DNA from: Malacoraja senta
Lineage: Eukaryota
DNA length: 64,000 bases
Reading direction: 5' to 3'
Assembly (NCBI GenBank): GCA_038087875.1
Contig: CM075987.1
Location: 21,888,001 to 21,952,000 of the forward strand
Of this stretch, positions 23,690 to 35,655 are shown piece by piece. The notes under the pieces are model-generated. The model worked only from the letters and a program-made list of their open reading frames with translations, searched no databases and was not told where the DNA came from. Position numbers and translations under genes: made by a program. Within the stretch, counting starts at the first letter, position 1, and every line of letters starts with the position of its first letter.

Positions 23690-24930
23690 GAGTGCACAGT
23701 TGGTAGAGCTGCTGCCTCAAAAGTGCTATAGACCCAGGTTTGATTCTAACTTTGGGTGCTGTCTGTGTGGAGTTCTCCCTGTTGTAGCAATGTTACAAAA
23801 TTTTGAGATTTAAAAAATCAAGTCTGTAATTTATCCCATCAGATAAAGCATAAAAAGACGTTTAATTTGACACCTAATTCACTTTCATATCTTCAGTATT
23901 AAAAAAGTTATGGCCATTTTCATACTCGGAAATTAGCATCTTGTTCCCTATTGCTTTTCCATTGACTTAACACAAAAGCTGTGATCGAGGACTCAAAAGC
24001 CCATAACTTTCTTAAAAATTAGGAGAACTGAAATAAATTTTCAGTTATTATAGATTGAAGCATTCTGAAACAAATATGAAACAATCTTACTTAGATGACA
24101 TGAAATTAAAGCATATAATTAGTTAGTTACCTAATTGTAGCTAATTACAAAATTCAATTACTAGATCTAAACATCTATCAATTTCTTAAGAATAGATTAA
24201 CATTTTTAAATAGCCTAAGAATCCAAATAACATTCACACAAGAATTCACAATATAACATAATTTTTAAATCTCATTGTCATGGATTTATAGGCCAAATGG
24301 AAGGAATTTAATGTTTAACACCTGTAAATTAATGGCCATTTAAATCATCTTGCGAGTGGGTTTTTCTGGAACGCGATCATTTGGAACGTTGCATTTGCGG
24401 TGAATTTAAACCCGTATTGGCATGAAAAATACTGCCGGTTCGTTCGGGGAAATAAATCACCGTTTCGCAACTTAAAATGTGAATTAAAGGCATCTTAAGG
24501 AGCACTTTTATACATAAAATAAACGGCTTTCCTTTACCTGTCCCGTGCATGAAATCCGTCCCCGTTGTCGGTGTTGACGGCTTTAGAAGCTGATTTTAAA
24601 ATAACTCCAGCGCTGAACTTGTTGGGGGACTAAAAAAAAAAATACACAGAACGCCCGTCGGAACGATTCTTCAGCAAAAGCTTGCACTCCAACGAATTAT
24701 AATCCAGGACAAGGTAGGAGAAACCCGCGTTTTAACCCCGCCCCCCCCTCTCAAAGGCGCCAAAATCACGCACACGGCCAGTGGCAGAATTGCAGCGCCG
24801 CTGAAGGTAAGTATTGTAACATACCTACCTGTTGTGTGGGGTTCCTCCTTGTGCTCTGATTTCCTCCCACATCCCAAAGATGTGCGGGTTTGTAAGTGAG
24901 TTTTCCCCTAGTTGCGGATGAGAAAGTACG
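23690..24930 (+). mobile_element. tRNA-derived SINE split by a 1043-bp DNA element
   Basis: Head 23690-23784 (GGTAGAGCTGCTGCCTCA...); core resumes at 24835 (..TTCCTCCCACATCCCAAAGATGTGCGGGTTTGTA). Confidence 0.75.
23785..24827. mobile_element. Non-autonomous DNA transposon (hAT-like TAG...CTA ends) nested in a SINE
   Basis: Imperfect TIR TAGCAATGTTACAA / TTGTAACATACCTA (12/14); CCTGTTG duplicated at 23778-23784 and 24828-24834; interrupts a SINE whose halves flank it. Confidence 0.8.
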
Positions 24931-26444
24931 AAGGAAACCAGAATATTTCGGGCTCCTTCAAATAACCATAGTTTCTCGTTCTTCATGAATCTATGCTGTT
25001 CTTGGTGTATAGTTTAAATTATTTTTAATGGGTGTATTCTGAAGTGGCTTTGTGATCTTGGAATATTCAAACAACTATTCAGCTGACAAATTCCTATTTA
25101 TTTTTGAAGCATTGCTATTGAAACATGATATGGGACAGCTTGCTTGCATGCAGCTAAAAACATAGTGCTGGAGGATTAGTGGGTTAGGCAGCATCTGTGG
25201 AGGAATGGACAGACGACGTTCCAGGTCGGGACTCTTTTTCAGACAAGTTTGCATGCAGCAACTTTATTTTAGTACTCTGCCATTGCTAGAGATTACCAGG
25301 TGGACAGAGGAATTGATACAAGTATACGCACAACATCTTGAAATGCAGCATCAATGTGACCCCTTGGAATCTACCTCTTGTTCAAGGTATAGAAAGAACA
25401 TTCAGCTTGGCATTGTTACATCTAAGAGTTTGCTTCTGGAGCAATTGTATGGGCGCACACAAAAGTCCTGCGTAAACAGTGCAAGGAATACATTACGTCA
25501 CAAATCACCCAATCATCTGCACCACCAGGGACTTTCTGCCCACGTCTGTGGAAGAATCTGCAGTTCTTGCATTGACCTCATCAGCTAACTCATATGCCAG
25601 TTATCCTTGATCTCATGCAACTAAGAAGCAAACTCTCAAATATAGCTTTGTGTGATTAATCATTTTTTTGATCCATCTTGTTTAAAAGAGGAATATTGGC
25701 TGGGATACTGGAGATAACACCTCCTCCATATATTACTTTGGAATCTCAACACTCCTGCACTCAAGTCAGTTCAGCTGTGGCACATCATCTTAGAATTGTG
25801 TCATCATTTTTTTTCATGTGGTAATGGTATCAAAAACAAGAGGGCACAGGTTTGAGGAAAAAGTTTTAAAGGGATTGGACAGAAAAAGTTTTAAAACCGT
25901 GGCTGATATCTGGAATGTGCTGCCAGAGGACTTGGTGGAATCAAATACAATTATTATGTTTAAGAGGCATTTGGACCTGCACTTAAATAGGAAAGGCATA
26001 GAAAGATACACTGTTAATTTGAGCAAATGGAATTAGCATTTGGACAAAAAGGCTGGTAAGGATGTAGTGAGCAAAAAGTTTTGTGATGTGATTTTTGTGC
26101 TCTGTGATTATCTGCAGTCTTCTGACTCAACAGAACTTTGCCTGACACTCAAATGACCTTAGACATAATGAACTGCAGATACTGGTTTACAAAAAAAAGA
26201 CACAAAGTGCTGGAGTAACTCAGGGCCAGGCATCATCTCTGAAGAATGTGGATAGGTGACGTTTTGGGTCGGGACCCTTCTTCGGACTAAACATCTTTTA
26301 TGACTCTTGGCATCTTATTCTCTTATCAGGCTGCTTTTGCAGTTTATGGGATTCACAGTTAATTGAATGATATGGTTTCTCTAATCATGGATCAGATGAA
26401 AAGTTAGGTTTCCTGTTCACCATTGGAACATCATTGTCTTCAGC

Positions 26445-27035
26445 AAGTTAGAGTATTGTGTTCTGTTCTGGACATCATGTTATAGGAAAGATGTTAACAA
26501 CCTGGAAAGGGTACAGAAAAGATGTATGAGAATGTTGCCAGGACTAGAAGGTTTGAGCTATGGGGAGAGGTTGAGTAGGCTGGGACTCTATTCCTTGGAG
26601 CGCAGGAGGATGAGAGGTGATCTTATAGAGGTGTAGCGACTTTGAGTCCTGAAAAGCGCTATATAAATAAAATCTATTATTATTATTATTATACAATCAT
26701 GAGAGGAATAGATTGGGTAGATGCACAGAGTCTCTTGCCTAGTGTAGGTGAATCGAGAACCAGAGGACATAGAGTTAAGGTGAAGGGGAGAAGATTTAAT
26801 AGGAATCTGAGGGGAAACTTTTTCACACAAAGGGTGGTGGGTGTATGGAGCAAGCTGTCAGAGGAGGTAGCTTAGGCTGGGACAAAGCCAACATTTAAGA
26901 AACAGTTAGATAGGTACATGGATAGGACAGGTTTGGAGGGATATGGACCAAACGCGGGCAGATGAGACTATTGTAGCTGGAACATGTTGGCCGGCGTGAG
27001 CACGTTGGGCTGAAGGACCTGTTTCCACACTATCA
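26445..27035 (+). mobile_element. CR1-type LINE 3' fragment with a small L2-like tail insertion (~26636-26690)
   Basis: LEYCVLFW..LERVQKR..LGLYSLERRRMRGDLIEV..MRGIDWVDAQSL..NFFTQRVVGVW. Confidence 0.88.
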
Positions 27036-27535
27036 CTCGATGACTGTATGTTGGTTTGTGGGGTAGATACAAGGAACTGCAGATGCTGGTTTACAAAAAA
27101 ATACACAAAGCGTTGGAGTAACTCAACAGGTCAGGCAGCATCTCTGGAGAACATGGAGGGGTGATCTTATATAGGGTATAAAGTCATTAGATGAATAGTC
27201 ATAGTCTTTATCCCATGGTAGGGGAATCAAGGATAAGAGGGCACATGCTTAAGGTGAGACGGGAAATATTTTACAGGAACCTACACAGGGTCGTATGTGT
27301 ATGGAACAATCTGATAGAGGAAGTGGTTGAGGCAGGTGCAATACTAAAGAGTGGGCAACATTTATTCCTCCTTTTTTATTTCATGTTCTTATCTAGTTTT
27401 CCGTAATATGTTTTATTGATTGAAGGAATGTTGGCTTCGCTGGATGAGCCAGCATTTAGTTGCCCTTGAAAAGTTGATGATGAACTTCTTGAGGTTCTCC
27501 TACTGAGAGATTTCCCTTTCCCCCCGAGTCTCAGT

Positions 27536-27563
27536 CTGAAGAAGGGTCTCGACCCGAAACGTC
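27536..27563 (+). ncRNA. Minimal type I hammerhead ribozyme motif (sense in MIGA2 5' intron)
   Basis: Core identical to 4427-4454. Confidence 0.65.
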
Positions 27564-28254
27564 ACCTATAACTTTTCTCCAGAGATGCTGTCTGACAAGC
27601 TGAGTTACTCCAGCTTTTTGTGTCTATCTTCGGTGTAAACCAGCATCTAGATTTCCTTCCTACACATTTTATCTGCTCCTCTGCGAAATCGCCTCAAGGT
27701 ATGCCTACTTTGAATAAGTCCTCCTCCTCTCTTCGAAGAAAGTACTGCAACATCCTCTCTCGCTGCGATTCCTCCTGCACTCTGACACTACAACCACATT
27801 ATAACCCAGACTCGTTACATTTTTGCACAACTTTCCTTCATTTGTTCTATATCTCTCTACATCACCGTCTATATCTCTCGTTTCCCTTTCCCCTGACTCT
27901 CAGCCTGCAGAAGGATCTTGACCTGAAACGTCACCTTTTCCAGATGCTGTCTGAACTGCTGAATTACTCCAGATTTTTGTTCTTATCTTTGGATTGGAGA
28001 GGATGTTTTCAGTAGTGGGAGATTCTAGGGCCAGAGGGCACAGCTTCAGAGTAAAAGGACATGCATTTAGAATGGAACTGAAGAGGAATTTCTGTAGCCA
28101 GAGGACGGTGAATCTATGGAGTTCATGCTACAGATGGCTGTGGATGGTGCAAACTGCTGCTACTGAATGTCAGTTGTTGATGGGATGTGCCAGGCAAGCA
28201 GGCTGTCCTGTACGGTGTTGAGTTTCTTGAGCACTGTTGAAGTTTCACTCATCC

Positions 28255-28512
28255 GCGGAAACAGGACCTTCGGCCCACCGAGTCCACATCCACCAGCGAT
28301 CCCCGCATACCAATACCATCCGACACACACTAGGGACAACCTACATTTACACCAAGCCAATTAACATACAAACCTGTACGTCTTTGGAGTGTGTGAGGAA
28401 ACCCACTCGGGTCACGGGGAGAACATATAAACTCTACAGACAAGAACCCGCAGTCAGGATCGAACCCTGGTCTCTGGCGCTGTAAGACAGTAGCTCTGCC
28501 ACCGTGCCGCCC
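28255..28512 (-). mobile_element. tRNA-derived SINE (HE1/V-SINE type)
   Basis: Homologous to the 9295-9606 copy. Confidence 0.82.
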
Positions 28513-29617
28513 AAGTGATGGTGATGCCATTGAATGTTCGGGGGTGATAGCTGGATGGATGGTGTAGTTGCACGGCATTTGTGTGGCATGAATGTTACTT
28601 ACCACCTGTCGGTTCGATCCACGATATTGTCTTGCTGCATTTACTCATGGACTGCTTCATTTCCCTGAGAAGTTGCAAATGGTTCTGAAATATTGTGCAG
28701 TCGTCAGTGAGCATCCTACTTCTAACCTAATGATTGAAGTAAGCTAATTGACCAAGCAGCTGAAGATGTTTGTGGCAGGAACGTCTGGCTTGTGGCTGAG
28801 ATGAATGGCTTGCAACTTACCACAAACATTTTCTCCTTGTATCCTTTTTGTGTGACACTTTGTTTTGTGGTTATCATCTAATTGGCTGGGTTGCTGTTGA
28901 GTTCCAAGTTCCTGGATGTTTTGTGCACATTGCCTTGAAAAGGCACCAGGTTAAAGTGCAATGAATGATTAATGATATTGTTAGTGTGCTTCAAGTGTGC
29001 TTCAAGTAAGGAGCACATTTGGCTCAGCATCATATGTGCGGCCAGCAAGTGGATTACAAGGTTGCAGCGTTTAGCCTGAACTTAAATTGCTGCTCTGGTT
29101 GGTATCAAAATCCCAGCAGGAGTTGGGTTGTTTGTACAGATGTTTGGTCATTATTGGCTGTAAATGAGATGCAATCTGCTACAGCACATTGACAAGTAAA
29201 ATTATATTCATGACCTCTGGATGTCTCCAAGTGGTTATGATCAATTAAGTAATTCTAATTTAGTTACAAAGTACTGGAGTAACTCAGAGGGTCATGCAGC
29301 ATCTCTAGAGAATATGCAATGGACCTCAACTTTATTTTATTCTCTGTTGAATCCACCATGTTTTCCAGAGGTTCTTGATTGGTACGGGTGTCAGGAGTTA
29401 TGGGGAGAAGGCAGGAGAATGGGGTTGAGAGGGAAAGATAGATCAGCCATGATTGAATGGCGGAGTAGACTTGATGGGCTGAATGGCCTAGTTCTGCTCC
29501 TATGACATATGAACTTATGAGATGCAGCCTGGTTCGTTAAGTTACTTCAACACATTTGGAAACCAACATTCGCAGTTCCTTGTGTCTAATTAGCATAGTA
29601 AACAGACAGAAAAAGAA

Positions 29618-29815
29618 GATCGACACGAAAAGCTGGAGTAACTCAGCGGGACAGGCCGCATCGCTAGAGAGGAATTTAGAATTCTCCAGTCTGAAGAAGG
29701 GTCTCGACCCGAAAGGTCACCCATTCCTTCTCTCCAGAGATGCTGCCTGTCCCGCTAAGTTACTCCAGTTTTTTGTGTCCATCTTCGGTTTAAACCAGCA
29801 TCTGCAGTTCCTTCC
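29618..29815. mobile_element. Palindromic Penelope-pLTR-derived short element with mutated hammerhead (29691-29718)
   Basis: 15-bp TSD CAGACAGAAA(A/C)AGAA at 29603-29617 and 29816-29830. Confidence 0.8.
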
Positions 29816-32749
29816 CAGACAGAAACAGAAAATGGAAACTTGTATTTATAAGTCACTGCTGCAGTAAAATACATCAAGGTGGATCAAAGGAGTGTTATTT
29901 TATAAAAATTAGTCACAAAATGATGTTAAGAATGAGATGGGGTCAGTGAGGACAAAATACAGTAACTTAGTGTGGCAAATAGCACACTTTTCAAACATGT
30001 ATAGAATTTTTCTAACGTTTTGCAGAGAGGCAGCAATGCATTTGCAGTGGTATTATCAAAAGCCTGTTTACAATTCTTCGTAATGCAGCCTGGTCAGGGT
30101 TATGTTCATTTACTGGGTATGCACTTGGGAAATGCCTGGCTCTGGGAGCTATTCAGGCTTGTCTTCAGAGCTACTTATAACAATATCTAAATCTCTTGAG
30201 TTCCTCCCCAGCACACGTGCAGTGATTTGTTGTTCTGTATAAAATTAACATGGCACAGTCTGGGGTCTGATTTCTTTATCCCACATTTGCTCAGTTATTT
30301 TATCCCTTTACTATCAGATTTGCAGACTTACAGATTTTATACCAAACTATTCACAGGAATTAATTTTTCAATTTCAATTTCAATTAATGTGGTGCTGGCT
30401 CGAAGGGCCGAATGGCCTCCTCCTGCACCTATTTTCTATGTAATGTTTAAATAAGCTAACTGGCTATTATCAAAGGGAAGAAAATCTGCTGCCACCAGTG
30501 TCACAAGCTGCCTCCTTATTTCCTCTTTTTGTAAATTCCCAGTTAATATAACTAATTAATTGGTTCCTCTGTACCATTCCCTTATTACTAGAGTAAGAAT
30601 TTAATTGTGCTATTTTGGTACATTTGATAGTTAAACAGTCTTGACTTTTGACTCCACCCTACTTCCAAATTTGAGCAGGGGAGATGCAAAACACCAGAAA
30701 TAAAAAAAGAACAGGGGTGGAACAGCTCCAAAGGAGGTTATTCTATTTCTGTACCTGGTGATTTTTACATGAGCTAATTGCCCTCCTCCAGTTCTTAGTC
30801 ATTCTGTTAATAATTCAAATAAATGTTTATCCATTTTCCCCTGAAGGATACGTTGGTGTCTCGAGCAATTCCATGTCGCAGAGCATTCTACGCTGCAATT
30901 AAAATAGTAGCATAAAATAAATCTTGTATTTGTACAACATCTTTTTAAAGTAGGAAATGTCTAAGATGCTTTGTTGCAGTCAAACAAGACAGAATTGGAT
31001 AGGATGTGTAGGAAGGAACTGCAGATTCTGGTTTAAACTGAAGATAGACACAAATAGCTCGAGTAACTCAGCGGGTGAGGCAGCGTCTGGAGAAAATAAA
31101 CTATCTGGAGTTTCGGGTTGAGATCCTTCTTGAGACAGATGGAGTTCAAGGTGTTTTATGCAATGGGTAACTGGGTGCTTGCTTGTGCTGGGGAGGGGGA
31201 AGGGAGATTTGGTGCAGGAGCTGAATGGCACAAAGAGCGGCTGACAGAGTCATAGAATTGTGTTAGGTTACTGCCAAAACCTTTATCTTTGAAGATTGGG
31301 ATGAAAACATCAGAGGTGCATCTCTTGAGGAAAATTATAACGAATGGAAGGTAGTTGACCTTCTCCTTTTACAATGTCAGGCATCTTGCATCAAAGAATG
31401 GGGATCAGTTGACATTTGCATCTCATAGCTCGGTATGCAATTTGAGCTACTTTATTGAATTACACCAGTGTAGCTTCACCAGCTAGCAGGAGCCTACAAC
31501 TAGGGGTGGTTTGTTTCATTTAAGTATTATTAGATTTTCATCTTTTGATTTTTACATTATGTAGTTGTGTTATTTTTGAATTTCACATGGAACCAATTAG
31601 TTCTTGATTTTTGTAATATATTTTAATCTATTTTACCTGTTTCATATTGGACTGATTAGGTAACTGTCCCATTGGTGGTCTCTTCCTGATCTGTTGAAGC
31701 CGATGAATGCTCTTGAATTTCCTCTCTAAACCATACTTTAAAAAACATATTTGAACATTCATTCTTTAATATTTCCTCCTTTGGCTTGACGTCCTTTTCT
31801 TGTATGGTTACATATTGGTGAAGCATTTAAGACGACTTCTATGTTAATGGTGCATGTGATTGTATTATGGTGCTCCATCTTTATTAGGGCATTTGCCTAA
31901 GTCCCATTTGCCTGTGCTTGGTCCATATCCCTCTAACCATTTCCTATCCATGTACCAATCCAAGTGTCTTTTAAATGCTGTTATAGTACTTGCCTCAACT
32001 ATTTCCTGTGGCGGGTGGTTCCATATACCTACCATCCTCCGAGTGGAAAAAGTTGCCCCTCAGATTCCTATCTTTCAATCTCAGTCTTGACTATTTTCAC
32101 AGACTGATTCGCCAAATCGCTCTATAGGAGATAATTCCAAACGTTCACAACTTAGTTGGTGGGGTGGGTGTATGGTGTGGTGGTGGAGGGATGGGAGGGG
32201 GAGGGGTGCATTTGCACATTTTGCGTGGTAAAAACACTTATTTCATTCGTGATAAGCCAACCTTAATCCTGAGGCTACAGTAACTCATTCTTGAGTCTCC
32301 AGACAGGGAGGAACCAGCTTCCAATCAGAAACCCAGCCAAGGCTACAAATCATTTGTAATTTGCAGCTCGTTCCAAATACCCACCATCCTCTGAGTGAGA
32401 GAATTGCTCCTCGGGTTACTATTACATTTTTCCCCTCTCAGTTAAACCCATTTCATCTAGTTCTTGATTCCCCTACCCTGGGTAAAAAAGCACTGCATCC
32501 ACCCTATCAATTTCCCTCGTGATTTTTACATACGTCTATAAGATTATTATCCCTTAGCTAGCTGTACTATAAGGAACTTAATGTAACAGTTTTATTAGAA
32601 CAGGAATAGCAATTTTTTCCAGCAGCAGTTCCTCAGATCTTTACATCAGCATCTCATTTCTTTATATTCGTGGTTGGATTTTGAATTTAAAAGTTAGAAG
32701 TTGTAACAGTTCTTCCACTTGATAACATTTTGTTTCTTTTTCTTAACAG

Positions 32750-32854
32750 CATCTACCATTTATTCTCTATCAAACCATGATCTGAATTCCTCCAACCCTG
32801 AGGCCGAAGATATCTGGTGTGATTGTGGGAAGTGAGCCTCGCACTTTATTTCAG
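32750..32854 (+). other. MIGA2: Putative internal 5'UTR exon of MIGA2
   Basis: Long pyrimidine tract plus taacag| acceptor and CAG|gtactg donor, in unique sequence between the promoter and coding exon 1. Confidence 0.5.
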
Positions 32855-34439
32855 GTACTGTATACTCAGGACATTTTCTTAATGTCATTCTTTGCATTAA
32901 TTCAGCAACAAGTTACTTAAAACATTGTTAGTGACCAACCATGAGCCTTCACAGTAGATTACCTGATTTTAACCAATTTAGGCATGGGACAATTGACAAT
33001 TAGTGTTCCATTCTAATGACTCAAAAAGAGTATACATTTTATTCTGAACATTTTATACATATAGAATCTGAAGAAGGGTCTCGACCAGAAACGTCACCCA
33101 TTCCTTCTCTCCAGAGATGCTGCCTGTCCCGCTGAGTTACTCCAGCATTTTGAGTCTACCATACATGTTATTCATTGTGGCCCATTGTCAGACTACTGAA
33201 CGTTTTCAGATTACAAATTAAGCCTTTATGCAGAAAATTGGAAAATATGCAAATAATGCTGGATTGGAGAATTATAGGTTAAGAATCTTGTTACCATTCT
33301 TTTGAAATAGTGGATATGGATATTTGAAATCTTATTTCCTGGTTATACCTTTGGCTTAAGTAATTTCAATAAATGATATGGCTGAGTTGTTGATTTTCCA
33401 ATTTGTACTGTGATGTTGGAAATTCTTATAATAACAACATCAGAATAACATAAGAAACTTGGACATGTATATAACACGTTCAACCCAAACGTTTCCATAC
33501 TGGGGAAGATTCACGGGCAAGGAGGCCAACATAGCGAAGGTCATTTTAGGAGAAACAATAAATAGATTTAGGAAGTGATCAGATTACAAGGCATAGTTAG
33601 TTAGGGAAAAAATAAACCTAGGAGGTTGTAAACCAAGCCGAGGGCAATAAAACCGATCACAAGAAAAGAAAAGTTACTTTTTAACACAGAATGGTTTGTA
33701 AATAACAGGGAACAGACGGTTAAAGATAACTCTGGGTGGGAGGGTGAAACAGATGAAAAACTAGAAAGGAACGTTGATCACTGAATTAATTCATAAATAT
33801 AAAATCTGCATGGAACTATTGTGTCTCAAGAATATAAAAGGGCAGTGGGTGCTGCAAATCAGTGAAGCAATTTGGATTATCTAACTGTTGCCCAGTATGT
33901 GCTGTAAAGGCCATGAATAAACTGACTCGTTTGAGAAACTTGCCACTGCTCTACAAAATTGTCTGTGTGCTGTCTGTATCCAGGTCAAGCACACAATTCC
34001 TTCCAACATGCCAAGAACTGGTTATCTGTATTTGAAAGATCATAAGACATAGGAGCAGAATTAGACCATTTGGCCCATCGTGTCTGCTCTGCCATTCGAT
34101 CATGGCTGATCTATCTTTCCCTCTCAATCCCATTCTCCTGCCTGCTCCCTATAACCTTTGATGCCCTTACTAATAAAGATTTGCTTCACATCTTGTTTAT
34201 ATTCAATCTGTGTTCAATCCATGGTGAGTTTCTCGTTGTCAACAGAAGAGGGGTAAGTGATGCATGATGGGTGCTCAATTAACTGAAGTATGGGACAGTT
34301 TCTTTTAGACACATACCTTGTACTTGATTGTACGACTTGAAATATTGGTCAGTTCTGGGCTAGTCTACATTGCATTTGTCAGCCATTGTATTTTGGACCT
34401 CATTGGTGAACTGTGACGGAACCGTTAGCCGCAGGATTT

Positions 34440-34475
34440 TTTTTCATGGATTCACTGGTGTGAATCCATGAAAAA
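34440..34475. repeat. Perfect 16-bp inverted repeat with 4-nt spacer
   Basis: TTTTTCATGGATTCAC-TGGT-GTGAATCCATGAAAAA. Confidence 0.9.
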
Positions 34476-35559
34476 TTGATTCAGAGGTTGTGAAAGAAAA
34501 TTGTAATTTCACAATTTAAAAATTCCCGAGCACTACATCAGACTGTGTTAGGTAAGGCTCAGGAAGAAATATTGATTGAGAAATATCGGTAAAGTCACAT
34601 GAGTCAATAAAGGTTCTTGCATGTGTGCTGGAAGAGGAATATTGCAATTTAAGCATCCAGTTGAAATGAATGACTTTGCTTGTGTTTAGTACCTGACTAC
34701 CCTTTTAATCCTAACTAGTCAAATTTAAAAAAAAATCTTTCCATGGCCTTGAATGAGACCCATGCAGCTCTTTGCCCCTACCTTCTACGTAATCTCTTTC
34801 AAATCTGCAACACTCTGAACTCGTTATTTATCTCAACTGAGCAAAAATCGACAAAAGTCTGGTGGAATAAACAATAATATCTGTTTTTCTGTTATTCTGC
34901 TTTCGTCTTTATTGGGCCATTTGGTCTTGTCTCTATGTGAATTGTGGAAAAAACACTGAAGTTAAGTTCATTCACAATCTTCCTTGTAACCTTTGGTGTT
35001 TTGCTACATGTGACGAGAGTCGCAATTTATTTTATTAACTAATCTGTTGGTTGTTGCTGTTTGTTGATACACACTTCCTTGTTATCGGGAATACTGTTGA
35101 CCCCAGGTTAAACATTCTTGTTGACAAAGCTGCTTCTAAGTATCATCCAAATTCTGACTTAAGTCAGTAATGAGTGACTTTTGATTGCTTCTAGCTGTAT
35201 ACAACTAAATATAAATGAAAGAAAGCTAAAATCTTAATCATATTGAAATTAAGCCAGATCTTAATCTTGGTTGTAAGTATACATAAGGATAGTATATCCT
35301 ATGATAGTTACTGTACAACCTACATTATTCAGCAGCCCAACTGTTGAAATTGGAAGGAAGCTGAAGAGTGCGACTGTAGGTCTTCTGCCATTGTCACTAC
35401 CTCCCATTACACCTATTGGGTTTCCAATGCAGAATTTACCAACAGTGTCCCATACTTACCCAATCACCTCAGTTTGCTGGTCCATGGTAACTGCACAAAA
35501 ATCTCAGCAACCAGATGCTTGCTTTGCAGACATACAGGAGCAATTAACCACTGTGCACA

Positions 35560-35655
35560 ATGTCGTTGAGGAGAGCAGATGGGGCATCCCTTATCCAAGC
35601 CCTGGCGATGACTGTGGCTGAGATTCCAGTTTTCCTGTACTCTACATTTGGGCAG
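35560..35655 (+). CDS. MIGA2: MIGA2 coding exon 1 (MSLRRADGASLIQALAMTVAEIPVFLYSTFGQ)
   Basis: ATG at 35560 with an in-frame TAA at 35545 upstream; CAG|GTATGT donor; 96 nt, phase 0. Candidate acceptors end at 35529 or 35537. Confidence 0.93.
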
